The notes beneath the pieces were generated by a model. The model ran no database searches, had not been told where the DNA came from, and saw only the letters and a list, made by a program, of their open reading frames with translations. From a virus, in the IMG/VR virus record IMGVR_UViG_3300044996_000496, positions 1 to 64,000 of that record: 64,000 bases of DNA, one strand, 5' to 3'. Positions 55,213-64,000 of this stretch are shown here, one piece after another. Position 1 is the first letter of the stretch. Every line of letters begins with the position of its first letter. The position numbers were made by a program, and so were the translations under genes.

Positions 55213-56571
55213 TTGACAACTACAGCTAAACCAAAACGTGTACGTTATTCTGGTGTTGGCGTATTTGCTGATGGGACTCTACTAAGTAGAGTTCAATCAT
55301 TAAGTAGTGACACAGATCTTGCTACTGAAAATTTGAACGAGTTAACTAACGCCAACATCGTTGAAGTATCTGAGGGTTTGCCGACGATTTCTGTTTCAGT
55401 AGAGACAAATGAGTTTGGATCTTGTCAAAACTTATATGCTTTATGTGGAAGAAATCCAATTGGATATGTTGGCAATAATGCAGTAATTGATGAAACTAGC
55501 TTTGACGGAACATCTGTTGACTTTTCTATTTTGGTTGAGCAGGATAACGTTTTAAAGAGAAGTTCAATTATTGAAGGAGCATTTTGTTCTGCTGTTGCGT
55601 GGTCGTTTGATGTTGGTGGGGTCGCCACTGAGAACTACACGTTTGAGGCGGACAATAGAATATGGTATTTTAACCAGCGAAAAGAAACATATTCAGTTTA
55701 TGCATATAGAATTAATGATTTTGGTAGTGGGTATGTTCTCTTGATATCTGGAGTTAATGCTTCTTCGTGGGGTGCTGGTATAGCCGTCGGCGATTTGCAT
55801 GGTCACAATTTGATAAAAATTACTGAGGATAACGTAGATATTGTTTATAGCGGTGGAACATATGATAAGGGGAATGTTACATTTGTATATTCTAGCAGTT
55901 ATGAGGGACACCAAGGATTGCTAGTGTCTGGTTCAGATTGGGATGCAAATACATTTGCTTCTGATGGTTCTCGCTATAGAGTAATTTTTTCAGTAGATGC
56001 AATAGATAATAGTGTTACCAATACTAGAATTCCAACTACTGGATTTGGAACTATGTTCCCAGGATTGTCCAGTAGTGCAATTGGTGGTATACGTAAGGGT
56101 ATGATACAGATTCTACTTGCTTCAGGTGCTAATATGCTTACTCCTTATTCTGATTCTGATGAAATGCTTAGGTTGCAAACATGCTCCGTTGATGCTGATT
56201 TGTCAAGGGAGGCGCTGGAGGAGCTTGGTAACTACAAAGCCTTTGACCGCTCGTTGACGTTCCCGATTACTGTTACAGTTGGCTTCTCAGCACTTTCATC
56301 TGATCTTGAGGAATGGGCTAAATTTGCACATGTTGGTTTTACTACTGCCACCGATATCGATGTTACTGACTTCGTTCGTGCGGCTGGTGTAGTGATTTAT
56401 ATTTATGACGATAATGAAGGCGCTGCCTCTAGAAATTTGTTAAAGAAGATAGCGGTCGAGAATTTGCGTGTTACAAATGAGTCATTCTCTGTCGATCAGG
56501 GCGGGAATGCTACTCAAGAGTTTACGTGTACAAGTGATAACTTTGCGGTTTCTGGCGGTATTTACGCTTAG
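55213..56571 (+). CDS. Major tail tube protein with internally duplicated fold
   Basis: Position before chaperones and TMP; RVQS.S.D.DL..E.L.EL.N versus RLQT.S.D.DL..E.L.EL.N; SFDVGG.ATE..T...DN versus S.DQGG.ATQE.T...DN. Confidence 0.75.
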   Translation: MTTTAKPKRVRYSGVGVFADGTLLSRVQSLSSDTDLATENLNELTNANIVEVSEGLPTISVSVETNEFGSCQNLYALCGRNPIGYVGNNAVIDETSFDGTSVDFSILVEQDNVLKRSSIIEGAFCSAVAWSFDVGGVATENYTFEADNRIWYFNQRKETYSVYAYRINDFGSGYVLLISGVNASSWGAGIAVGDLHGHNLIKITEDNVDIVYSGGTYDKGNVTFVYSSSYEGHQGLLVSGSDWDANTFASDGSRYRVIFSVDAIDNSVTNTRIPTTGFGTMFPGLSSSAIGGIRKGMIQILLASGANMLTPYSDSDEMLRLQTCSVDADLSREALEELGNYKAFDRSLTFPITVTVGFSALSSDLEEWAKFAHVGFTTATDIDVTDFVRAAGVVIYIYDDNEGAASRNLLKKIAVENLRVTNESFSVDQGGNATQEFTCTSDNFAVSGGIYA

Positions 56572-56587
56572 GCGTTTGCCTAACGCT

Positions 56588-56608
56588 GCGGCGGTTTGTG
56601 CCGCCGCT
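56588..56608 (+). terminator. Stem-loop after the tail tube gene
   Basis: GCGGCGG...CCGCCGC inverted repeat. Confidence 0.45.
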
Positions 56609-56626
56609 TAATTGGAGGTTTGGAAA

Positions 56627-57364
56627 GTGACGGAAAAGGCTGCTAAGAGGAATGTTGCTGCTAAAGATTTTACTGATCCCTCTACTGAAATGAATGTTTC
56701 CGATGAGGCGAAAGTGGAATCGGAAATTGTTTTGGGATACAGAAGAGTGGAAGTTAGCGAGTTTGCAAAGTTTGGTGGGAAGAAAGCTTCTGAAGATAAA
56801 GATAAAAAATATGTTAGAATACATAAAACAACCATAGGCCAGGAATCTACTTTAGATGCTTTTTATTCTGAACAATATTCAGAAATGTTAAAAAATTCTT
56901 CTATTTTAACCGAAGAAGAAACTGAGTGTATTTTGTTAAAACGTGGGATGAATCTAGCAGAATTGCGAGAACAGTTAGATGATTTGGATGAAGAGCAGAA
57001 AAACGTTATTAAGTCTTTGCAGGCGCTTAATGCAGAAAAAGCTAGTGAGAGCTTAATCGCAAAAGCAAAAAATCAAAGGGATGACTTGAAAAAGCAAAGA
57101 ATTGAATTGTGGGAAAAAATTAGAAATTGTTATAAAAATACAATAGAAAGACGTTGTGAAGAATATAGAACATTATGCAAGTTGCAATTATGCGTCAAGG
57201 ATGATAATGATAAATTATTGTGGAACTCTGTTGAAGAACTTAAAAACGAACCAGATGATGAATTTGTGGGGTCGATTTTAAGTAAGGCTCTTTATTTCTG
57301 GGTTGGTATAGACGAGACTTTTTTCGACAAATCGCTAGACGACCTCGCTGGTTTGACAGGATAG
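56627..57364 (+). CDS. Tail assembly chaperone (G-like)
   Basis: GTG after GGAGG; lies between tail tube and TMP; slippery T TTT TTC near the 3' end. Confidence 0.7.
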   Translation: MTEKAAKRNVAAKDFTDPSTEMNVSDEAKVESEIVLGYRRVEVSEFAKFGGKKASEDKDKKYVRIHKTTIGQESTLDAFYSEQYSEMLKNSSILTEEETECILLKRGMNLAELREQLDDLDEEQKNVIKSLQALNAEKASESLIAKAKNQRDDLKKQRIELWEKIRNCYKNTIERRCEEYRTLCKLQLCVKDDNDKLLWNSVEELKNEPDDEFVGSILSKALYFWVGIDETFFDKSLDDLAGLTG

Positions 57365-57663
57365 CTGCGAGTTCCGACGGCGGTCCTCAGATATTTAAAG
57401 GATCTATTTTAGATTGGACTAAAGAGCAGCTTGAGCTTTATAGATGGGCTGGTTTTTATTATAATTTAAGAATGATGCCCAATCGAGAGCGTCCGAGTAA
57501 TGAAATAATAGACAGTGATTACTTGTTAGATAAGTGGTTGATGGAAAGAAATCTTGAAGAGCAAAAAGAAGCGATGGGTCTTCGGTCTCAAAAAACCGTA
57601 GGGAAAGGCAAAGACAGGGAATCATATAGCGAGAATATAATAGGTTCTCACGGGACTTATTAG
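57325..57663 (+). CDS. Tail assembly chaperone, -1 frameshift extension (GT-like)
   Basis: The -1 frame is open from the slippery site (57319-57325) to 57663: RQIARRPRW...WTKEQ...ERPSNEIIDSDYLLDKW. Confidence 0.7.
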   Translation, partial: RQIARRPRWFDRIAASSDGGPQIFKGSILDWTKEQLELYRWAGFYYNLRMMPNRERPSNEIIDSDYLLDKWLMERNLEEQKEAMGLRSQKTVGKGKDRESYSENIIGSHGTY

Positions 57664-57686
57664 CTTAGTTTGGATGGTGTTTAGGT

Positions 57687-60600
57687 TTGGCCAATAACAT
57701 AGAACTAGTTCTTAGTTCAAAACTTACAAATTTTTTGGCACAATTAGAAGTAGCTAGATCTGTATTTGGTAAACTAACATCTGAAATGAAAACAGATTTA
57801 GATGCTTTGTCGAAACGCTCCGCAGAACTTCTTAAAGCTATCTCTCAGGCAAAAAATACTCTTGCTAAAAAAGATCCAACTGGCGAAATGTCCAAGAGTA
57901 TGCAAAGGCAAAGTGAAAAATTTAAAGAACAACAAAGTCAATTAAAATTGATTTTACGGAGTTTGGATTCTTATGCTAAAAAAATGGAAAGGATTGCAAC
58001 GGCGGCAGGAAACGCATCAGCTGTGTTTAAAACAAATAAAAAAGTAGCTGGCGCAATGGGCAGACCTGAGGTGCAGGCCAGATTTACTGCCACCGATCCG
58101 AATTTGGTTCTAAAATTGAAAGACGCTTTTGAGGCATTTAATAGAGCGCTGCTTGCGGTTATTGATACAAGAAAAATATCCGTGCAAACATCTATTGAAC
58201 ACACAAAAGCATTAAAAGAAGAGCTTACCGCTCTTAATGTTCTTACAGGAAGGGCTAAAGTTGTAGCAAATGCAATAAATAACAAAAATAAAGCTACAAG
58301 AGATTCGGCCAAAGCTACACAATCAGCGTCAGTTGAGCAGAGAGATTTTGCAAATATGATGGGTGTTGCTATTGGCAAAATTATACGCTATAGAATTGCC
58401 TATATTGCATTGAGCAGAACTGTTGAAGCATTTAAGGAATCTGCAAATTTATTTATTAAGTTTGAATATGAGCTTGGCCAAATTCACAAGGTGCTTCCAG
58501 ACCTAAGGGCCGACATGGACGCACTAAGATCTTCCGCCACTGAGTTTTCTGCAAAATTTGGTGTTGACTTGCTTAAGGTAGTAGATATAATGAAAATTTG
58601 GGCACAACAGGGTTATGAAGTAAATGATCTAAACCAGTTAACGGAAATTACTTTACGCGCAGTTGTTGGCGCTGGTCTTGACACTACACAAGCTGTGGAA
58701 ATGTTAACCGCCACGATGAGACAGTACGGATTAAGCATAGAGGAAACGATTGGCGTTATTGACAAAATTACATATGTGCAGGCAAAACATGCAGTTACTA
58801 CACAGGACTTGGCCGACTCTATAAAAATCCTTGGAGCAACAGCGGCTGTTGTCGGAGTGTCCATTGATGAATTTCTTGGTCACGTTGCGGCAATGGGTGA
58901 GGTTACTCGTAAATCAGGTAATGCAGTTGCACAAAGCTTAAAAACAATTTATGCAAGAATTTATCGCCCAGAGGCAATTAAGCAGTTTCAAAATCTCGGT
59001 ATTGCAGTGCGATCATCGTTGACAGAGATCCGTCCGGTTAGCGATATTTTGTTTGATTTGAAGCAACAATGGGACGGGTTAACTCAGGCTCAAAAGCTTA
59101 ATATTGCTATGGCTGCTGGTGGCGTTCGTAGGTATGCTGATTTTATTGCTATGATGGAAACATATGACGTTGCTCTTAAAGCCGCTAGTGAGTCTGCTAC
59201 ATCAATTGGATATTCTCAGAGAATGATGTCTATTGAAATGGATTTACTTTATCGTAAAATGGAACAGGCCAAGGCGTCTGTTAAGGCATGGGGGCAAGAG
59301 TATGGTAAAAACTCTACAGCTAAACTCGTTGAATTTTTAGTTGCCTCTCAAAGAGCCGCTGATAATATGGGCTTGTTGTCCAAGGGTGCTGCAAAAGGTG
59401 CTGCATCGTTTTCTGTGTTTGCTGTTAAGGTTGCCGCTGGTTTTGGGGCCATGGCGGCAATGCGCGTTGGAATTAGAGAATTGAATAAGTTAATGATTAG
59501 ATCCGTTGCTTCTACTGGTGTATGGAATTTTGGTTTAGGATCTTTAGCTAAAGCGTATATTAATGTCGGAAAAAATGCTAAAGATATGGCCAGGAGTGCG
59601 AGGATAGCGGAACTTGATATTAGGGTTTTAAATGTTGGTATGAGCAGAGCCGAAATTGCTGCTCTTAAATTTGGAACTGCAATTAGAATTGCTTCAATAA
59701 ATGTTCTTGCTTTTGTGTCCAGGGTTGTCATTGCGGCTGGTGCATTGGTTGCGCTTGCTGCCAAATTTGCAGTATGGACACTGGTTGCTACAGGTGTGTC
59801 CTATGTTCTTGAAAAAATAATTAAAAAGTTTACTAAAGCAAAAGTAGAAATAAAAGAGTTTGACGATTCTGTTTTTGATACAATTGTTACTACAAAAGAT
59901 GCTATTGATGCATATGATAAACAGGCTAGCAGGGGCCAGATGTTAAGTAATCAGATTAAAAAAATGGCCGATTTATATGATGGGGTTAATGCTGGTTCAA
60001 ATGAGCATAAATATATATTGATTGAAATGATTGGAACAATTCAGAAATTAAATTCTGTTTTAGGAACGAATATTGAGTTTAACGGAGATACTAAAAAATT
60101 ATTAGATGACTTAAATAATGCAGAAAAGAAAAGAATAGATTATTTGAATGATAGAGTTGAAAAAGAAGAAAAGTTGTTGTTAATACAAATAAAAAATCAA
60201 AGAGCATCGTTAAGCGGTAAAATAACATCATATAGAAAGGCTGGTCAAGCTCTCGATGAATTGTATAATAAGGCCAGATTATTTGAGGTTAATGACACAA
60301 ATATTTTATCTAAGCTTAGAGGAGAATTAAAAGATCCAGATAAACTTGGTAGAGATTTATCCCAACAGCTTAATGAGGTTTTTAAAGGAACTGATATTAA
60401 ATTTGAATTTGAGCCATTTGCTTTCGGATATGATGAATTTAAAAATACAATTGCTGCCGCTGAAAAAGATTTGATTGATTATGGTATTGTTTCTGAGGAA
60501 ACAATGCATCGAATAGATAAAGCGTGGGAAGATTATTATACAAATGTGTTGCAATATGCCAGTGATGTGGACGCAGAAGCTATTATGGTAGCTCAGGAGA

Positions 60601-63479
60601 GAATGGACAGGCTTGCAGAATCTATAGACAAAATTGGTGAGAAACGAGCCACTCAATTTTTAGGCATGAGTGAAGATGAGTTCCAGGCATTTACTGATAA
60701 ATACGTTGAAGCTGGGGCCAAAATAGTAGAAAGCGCAAGAATACAAATTCGCGAAGCTGATAAATTAAGGGCCAGTTATGAAAGTTTTGGGTTAGGTTAC
60801 GACAAAGTTGGAAGATCTATAGAGACATACGAGAGTGCGGTTGAGGCTTTAATTTCTAAGCAAATTCAACTTAGAGCTGCGGAATATGCTTCAAATAAAT
60901 CAGCTGGAATTTATATGGAAACTATGGCTAAATTAAATAATAGAATGGGTGACGCTGCTAGCCGTGCAGAATTGTGGGAGGAAGTTTTAGAAAGAATAGA
61001 TCATGCATTTGGGACTGCAGTAGGGGCTGGTCCTGGTGGCACGAGGTTTGGCACAAGTTTTGGTTTACCAGAAGGTGGTTATGTTGAGGCGGACGGCAGA
61101 AGTCAGCTTGAAGTCCTTCAAAAACTTGAAGAAGAAAAGACAAAAGTATCTGGAGAAGCAAATAAAAAAAGAATTCAGGAGGAAATAGATAGGTTTAGAA
61201 CATTTATTTCTGAGGCTCATGCCTATTTATCATTTTATAATAATGTAGTTTCAAGAGCTTTAAATGATCCAAAAATGGCCGCGGAACTTAATCTTGATAA
61301 AATTATTCCAAGAATTGAGGCAATTAAAAAATCATATAGTGAACTTGGATTTACTGAGAGTGATCGAACAATGAAAGAAATTAATTTATTACAAGAAATG
61401 TTTTTTACGCTTAAAGTGCTTAAACCTCTTTATGAAGCTAACGTCAATAAGCAGCGTGAAACTGCTGCTACTTTGCGCGAGCAGTCTTATTTGTTTGATG
61501 AAGAACGCGCAAAAATGGAAGGAATAAATAAATTAGCAAGTCATTATGGCGGATCTCTCATTGGTACTTATAGAGAACGATTAAACGCAATCGATCAAAC
61601 ACTTGCTAAAGAAATTGAGGAAACTAATTTAAAGGAAGATTTAACAGATAGTCAAAAAACATATAATAATATGATATCAACGAGTAATGCATTGCACTCT
61701 AAGAGTGTTGCTTTACTTGAATATGAGTATGAAGTTAGGGAACGCAATCTTGCAAAAATTGAAAAATTGTTAAATAATATTAATAGTGCAGAATTGAGTA
61801 GTATTAAGATGCGCGGGAATATGCAGAAAGCATTTGCAATTACCGAGTCTCAAAGAGCAAAGCAAAAAATAAATGAAATTAATGAAGAAATAAGATTAAA
61901 TGATTATTTAACAAATCTTAAAGCTAGAGTTATAAAAAGTGCTGGATTTGATCCAGATGTTGAAGCTGAGTTGCTTAAAGATTTATACAAAGAGTCATAT
62001 TATACATTCGCTGATTATGAGAGAAAAAAGGCAGAGGTCGCTAACGAGGCCGCTGCTGCATATGTATCGGCTTGGTTAAAGGCTGCGGAAAGCGTTACTA
62101 GTGCTATTACTTCTATATTTGTTAATCTTCCAAGAAATAGATCAAGAATTTATGAATCTATTTATGACATGGAGGATAAGATATTTGAAAAAAGAAGAGA
62201 TATATTTGATCTTGAAAAACGACTTACTGAACAAGAGGAAAAATATGCTAACGCAAAAGATAAGACCGCAAGCGGAATAGCTATTGAAAATATTAATATG
62301 CAATTAGACGTTGAAAGACAAAGATTGGAAAGGTTAAATGATGAGATGTCTGATTTGCATGATTGGTGGAGGGCAATTTATAATACTGTTGGTGATGTTG
62401 CCACAAAAATAGCGGATATTTATGTAGAGTCAATTGCAGAGAATCTATCAAATGAAATGACGCAGTTGGTGAGCAGGGGCGCAAATGGTGGAATGATCGG
62501 GAAGATGGTTGAGGTTTTGGGAACTGTTGATAGGGCGCACTACGAGGCTCTGTCTACTCTTAAAACCGAAATGAGAAACGATAATTTTGAATTTCTTAAA
62601 CAAAAAAGAATGTGGGAACAGGAATACTTGAATAGGTTGCAATCCATTTATGCAGGTGCTCCAGGTGGAAGCAGGTCATATGCTGCTTCGATGCCGGGGA
62701 GTGGTGTAGTAATTGGAACCGGGGTTGGGGTTCGATCTCCTGGGTTTGCTAAAAAATATAACTATTCTAGCGATTTACCGTATGCCCCAGCCAACATAGC
62801 AAATGATTATAAAAGCATAATATCTGAAGGTGCAGAAAAAATTGGTGAACAAAAAATAGATCCCGATAAGGGAAAGTGGAAAGATGTTTTCGAGTATGCC
62901 GCGCAGCTTATGGCCGTTAGCATAGGGCAATCAATAGGTGGCGGGGGGCCTGGGGCTGGTACTGGTGCCGCCATAGGATCGGCGTTGGGAATGATGTCTC
63001 CGCTTGGCCCAGTTGGGTCTGTTTTGGGTGGTGGGCTTGGTGGCTGGTTGGGCGGGTTGTTTGATAAGTCAAATAAAAAAGATCCATTAAGAGATCCAAT
63101 TGTTGACAATACGGATGCAACTGATAAAAACACGGATGAGCTTTATAAAGTAAGTACAGCAATTAATGACTTAAGATCTGAAGTTATTAACGCTCCGTCT
63201 AGTTTTATTTTACCACCAGCTGCACGAATGCCGTTCTTTGCTAATGGTGGATATGTTTCTAGGGGTGGGGTTGGAGTTTTGCATAAAGGCGAAAGTGTTG
63301 TTCCAAGAGGCGTTGATATTGGCGGGATCCAAATTCACATTCATGGTAACGTAACAAATGATGTGATTGATCACGCCATAAAGAAAGCAAAAGATGAGTT
63401 TGGAAAAGTAAACATGTCTGATGATAGATTTTCAAATCAGAGAAGGCAGTCATCGGGTTCTAGGGCTAGAGTTTTGTAG
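57687..63479 (+). CDS. Tail tape measure protein (TP901-type core)
   Basis: 1930 aa, helical; WAQQG, G...LKTIYARI, C-terminal glycine zipper and FANGG..LHKGE.VVP. Confidence 0.92.
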   Translation: MANNIELVLSSKLTNFLAQLEVARSVFGKLTSEMKTDLDALSKRSAELLKAISQAKNTLAKKDPTGEMSKSMQRQSEKFKEQQSQLKLILRSLDSYAKKMERIATAAGNASAVFKTNKKVAGAMGRPEVQARFTATDPNLVLKLKDAFEAFNRALLAVIDTRKISVQTSIEHTKALKEELTALNVLTGRAKVVANAINNKNKATRDSAKATQSASVEQRDFANMMGVAIGKIIRYRIAYIALSRTVEAFKESANLFIKFEYELGQIHKVLPDLRADMDALRSSATEFSAKFGVDLLKVVDIMKIWAQQGYEVNDLNQLTEITLRAVVGAGLDTTQAVEMLTATMRQYGLSIEETIGVIDKITYVQAKHAVTTQDLADSIKILGATAAVVGVSIDEFLGHVAAMGEVTRKSGNAVAQSLKTIYARIYRPEAIKQFQNLGIAVRSSLTEIRPVSDILFDLKQQWDGLTQAQKLNIAMAAGGVRRYADFIAMMETYDVALKAASESATSIGYSQRMMSIEMDLLYRKMEQAKASVKAWGQEYGKNSTAKLVEFLVASQRAADNMGLLSKGAAKGAASFSVFAVKVAAGFGAMAAMRVGIRELNKLMIRSVASTGVWNFGLGSLAKAYINVGKNAKDMARSARIAELDIRVLNVGMSRAEIAALKFGTAIRIASINVLAFVSRVVIAAGALVALAAKFAVWTLVATGVSYVLEKIIKKFTKAKVEIKEFDDSVFDTIVTTKDAIDAYDKQASRGQMLSNQIKKMADLYDGVNAGSNEHKYILIEMIGTIQKLNSVLGTNIEFNGDTKKLLDDLNNAEKKRIDYLNDRVEKEEKLLLIQIKNQRASLSGKITSYRKAGQALDELYNKARLFEVNDTNILSKLRGELKDPDKLGRDLSQQLNEVFKGTDIKFEFEPFAFGYDEFKNTIAAAEKDLIDYGIVSEETMHRIDKAWEDYYTNVLQYASDVDAEAIMVAQERMDRLAESIDKIGEKRATQFLGMSEDEFQAFTDKYVEAGAKIVESARIQIREADKLRASYESFGLGYDKVGRSIETYESAVEALISKQIQLRAAEYASNKSAGIYMETMAKLNNRMGDAASRAELWEEVLERIDHAFGTAVGAGPGGTRFGTSFGLPEGGYVEADGRSQLEVLQKLEEEKTKVSGEANKKRIQEEIDRFRTFISEAHAYLSFYNNVVSRALNDPKMAAELNLDKIIPRIEAIKKSYSELGFTESDRTMKEINLLQEMFFTLKVLKPLYEANVNKQRETAATLREQSYLFDEERAKMEGINKLASHYGGSLIGTYRERLNAIDQTLAKEIEETNLKEDLTDSQKTYNNMISTSNALHSKSVALLEYEYEVRERNLAKIEKLLNNINSAELSSIKMRGNMQKAFAITESQRAKQKINEINEEIRLNDYLTNLKARVIKSAGFDPDVEAELLKDLYKESYYTFADYERKKAEVANEAAAAYVSAWLKAAESVTSAITSIFVNLPRNRSRIYESIYDMEDKIFEKRRDIFDLEKRLTEQEEKYANAKDKTASGIAIENINMQLDVERQRLERLNDEMSDLHDWWRAIYNTVGDVATKIADIYVESIAENLSNEMTQLVSRGANGGMIGKMVEVLGTVDRAHYEALSTLKTEMRNDNFEFLKQKRMWEQEYLNRLQSIYAGAPGGSRSYAASMPGSGVVIGTGVGVRSPGFAKKYNYSSDLPYAPANIANDYKSIISEGAEKIGEQKIDPDKGKWKDVFEYAAQLMAVSIGQSIGGGGPGAGTGAAIGSALGMMSPLGPVGSVLGGGLGGWLGGLFDKSNKKDPLRDPIVDNTDATDKNTDELYKVSTAINDLRSEVINAPSSFILPPAARMPFFANGGYVSRGGVGVLHKGESVVPRGVDIGGIQIHIHGNVTNDVIDHAIKKAKDEFGKVNMSDDRFSNQRRQSSGSRARVL

Positions 63480-63487
63480 GAGTACGT

Positions 63488-63922
63488 ATGTCAACAATAA
63501 ATCGTATGATGTTTCAGTATTATGATCCAGTTGCGGCACAGGTGTACTCGTTGACGTTGCCAATAAATCCAATTGAAGTTGATTTTGCCGAATCGTCAAA
63601 TTCAAACATTATTGATACAATAGATGGCGAGCCGATTGAGCAGTTGCCAGCTTTTGACTCAAGGCCAAGAACATTAACGTGGAACAATTTACCAAATAAA
63701 GATAAATATTTGGCAATGCTGCAATTTTTTAGAGATATGCAGGCTGTCGAGTCCGGTGGGCAAATGCAGAGACAGGATCTAGGAATTATTGTTGGCAATG
63801 TTTGGGAACCAATTAAAGTAATAGATGTTTCATATAGTTTAGGGAAAGGGCCTCCTTCAGCAAATAATTCTTTAAAATTTAATTCTTTGATTGTTAAATA
63901 CATAGTAAGGCAAAGCGAGTAA
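63488..63922 (+). CDS. Putative distal tail protein
   Basis: Follows TMP; LPINP motif. Confidence 0.55.
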   Translation: MSTINRMMFQYYDPVAAQVYSLTLPINPIEVDFAESSNSNIIDTIDGEPIEQLPAFDSRPRTLTWNNLPNKDKYLAMLQFFRDMQAVESGGQMQRQDLGIIVGNVWEPIKVIDVSYSLGKGPPSANNSLKFNSLIVKYIVRQSE

Positions 63923-63934
63923 AGGATGGGTTAG

Positions 63935-64000
63935 ATGAAGTACGTAGCTTCGAGTGACGAAGTAAACAAAATACATGTTGCAAGAAGAAAGGTTCCTATT
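63935..64000 (+). CDS. Start of the next tail protein (truncated by the window edge)
   Basis: ATG at 63935 after AAGGA; open to the end of the window. Confidence 0.4.
   Translation, partial: MKYVASSDEVNKIHVARRKVPI

Noticed and set aside
57971-63453. Minus-strand ORFs inside the tape measure gene (and similar antisense ORFs elsewhere)
   Set aside because: Shadow frames of long + strand genes with no independent signals.

Overview
The window is about 64 kb of a large tailed dsDNA bacteriophage (standard genetic code, Shine-Dalgarno-led genes, mostly + strand); no tRNA, rRNA, CRISPR array or IS element was seen. (1) About 0.6-10.6 kb: tightly packed small hypothetical genes, including a GC-richer cassette array joined by a repeated AAGCCATGA junction, several paralogue pairs, an amber-interrupted Lar-like gene, and an RNA ligase followed by a candidate structured RNA. 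(2) About 10.6-20.3 kb: accessory genes (GH12 lipoprotein, TIGR02594-type peptidoglycan hydrolase, two sigma-70-family factors, GroES, SLOG, cyclic-phosphate receiver domain, DHH, ThyX, dUTPase) and an iteron-like repeat. (3) About 20.4-30.2 kb: a 12-gene rare-sugar biosynthesis and glycosyltransferase cluster with no flippase or polymerase. (4) About 30-34.5 kb: ClpP, DUF1599, a CCA-enzyme-like protein with a degenerate polymerase head but intact HD domain, and an endonuclease. (5) 34.6-64 kb: a siphovirus-like structural module (terminase, portal, protease-scaffold, decoration protein, major capsid, connectors, double-domain tail tube, frameshifted chaperones, tape measure). The strongest candidate for a new system is glycosylation-centred: four signal-peptide proteins placed between portal and prohead protease are densely packed with D-(S/T)-x O-glycosylation sequons, three glycosyltransferase genes directly follow the capsid gene, and the phage carries its own amino/methyl-deoxysugar pathway. 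All family calls come from motif recognition by eye; no database search was run.
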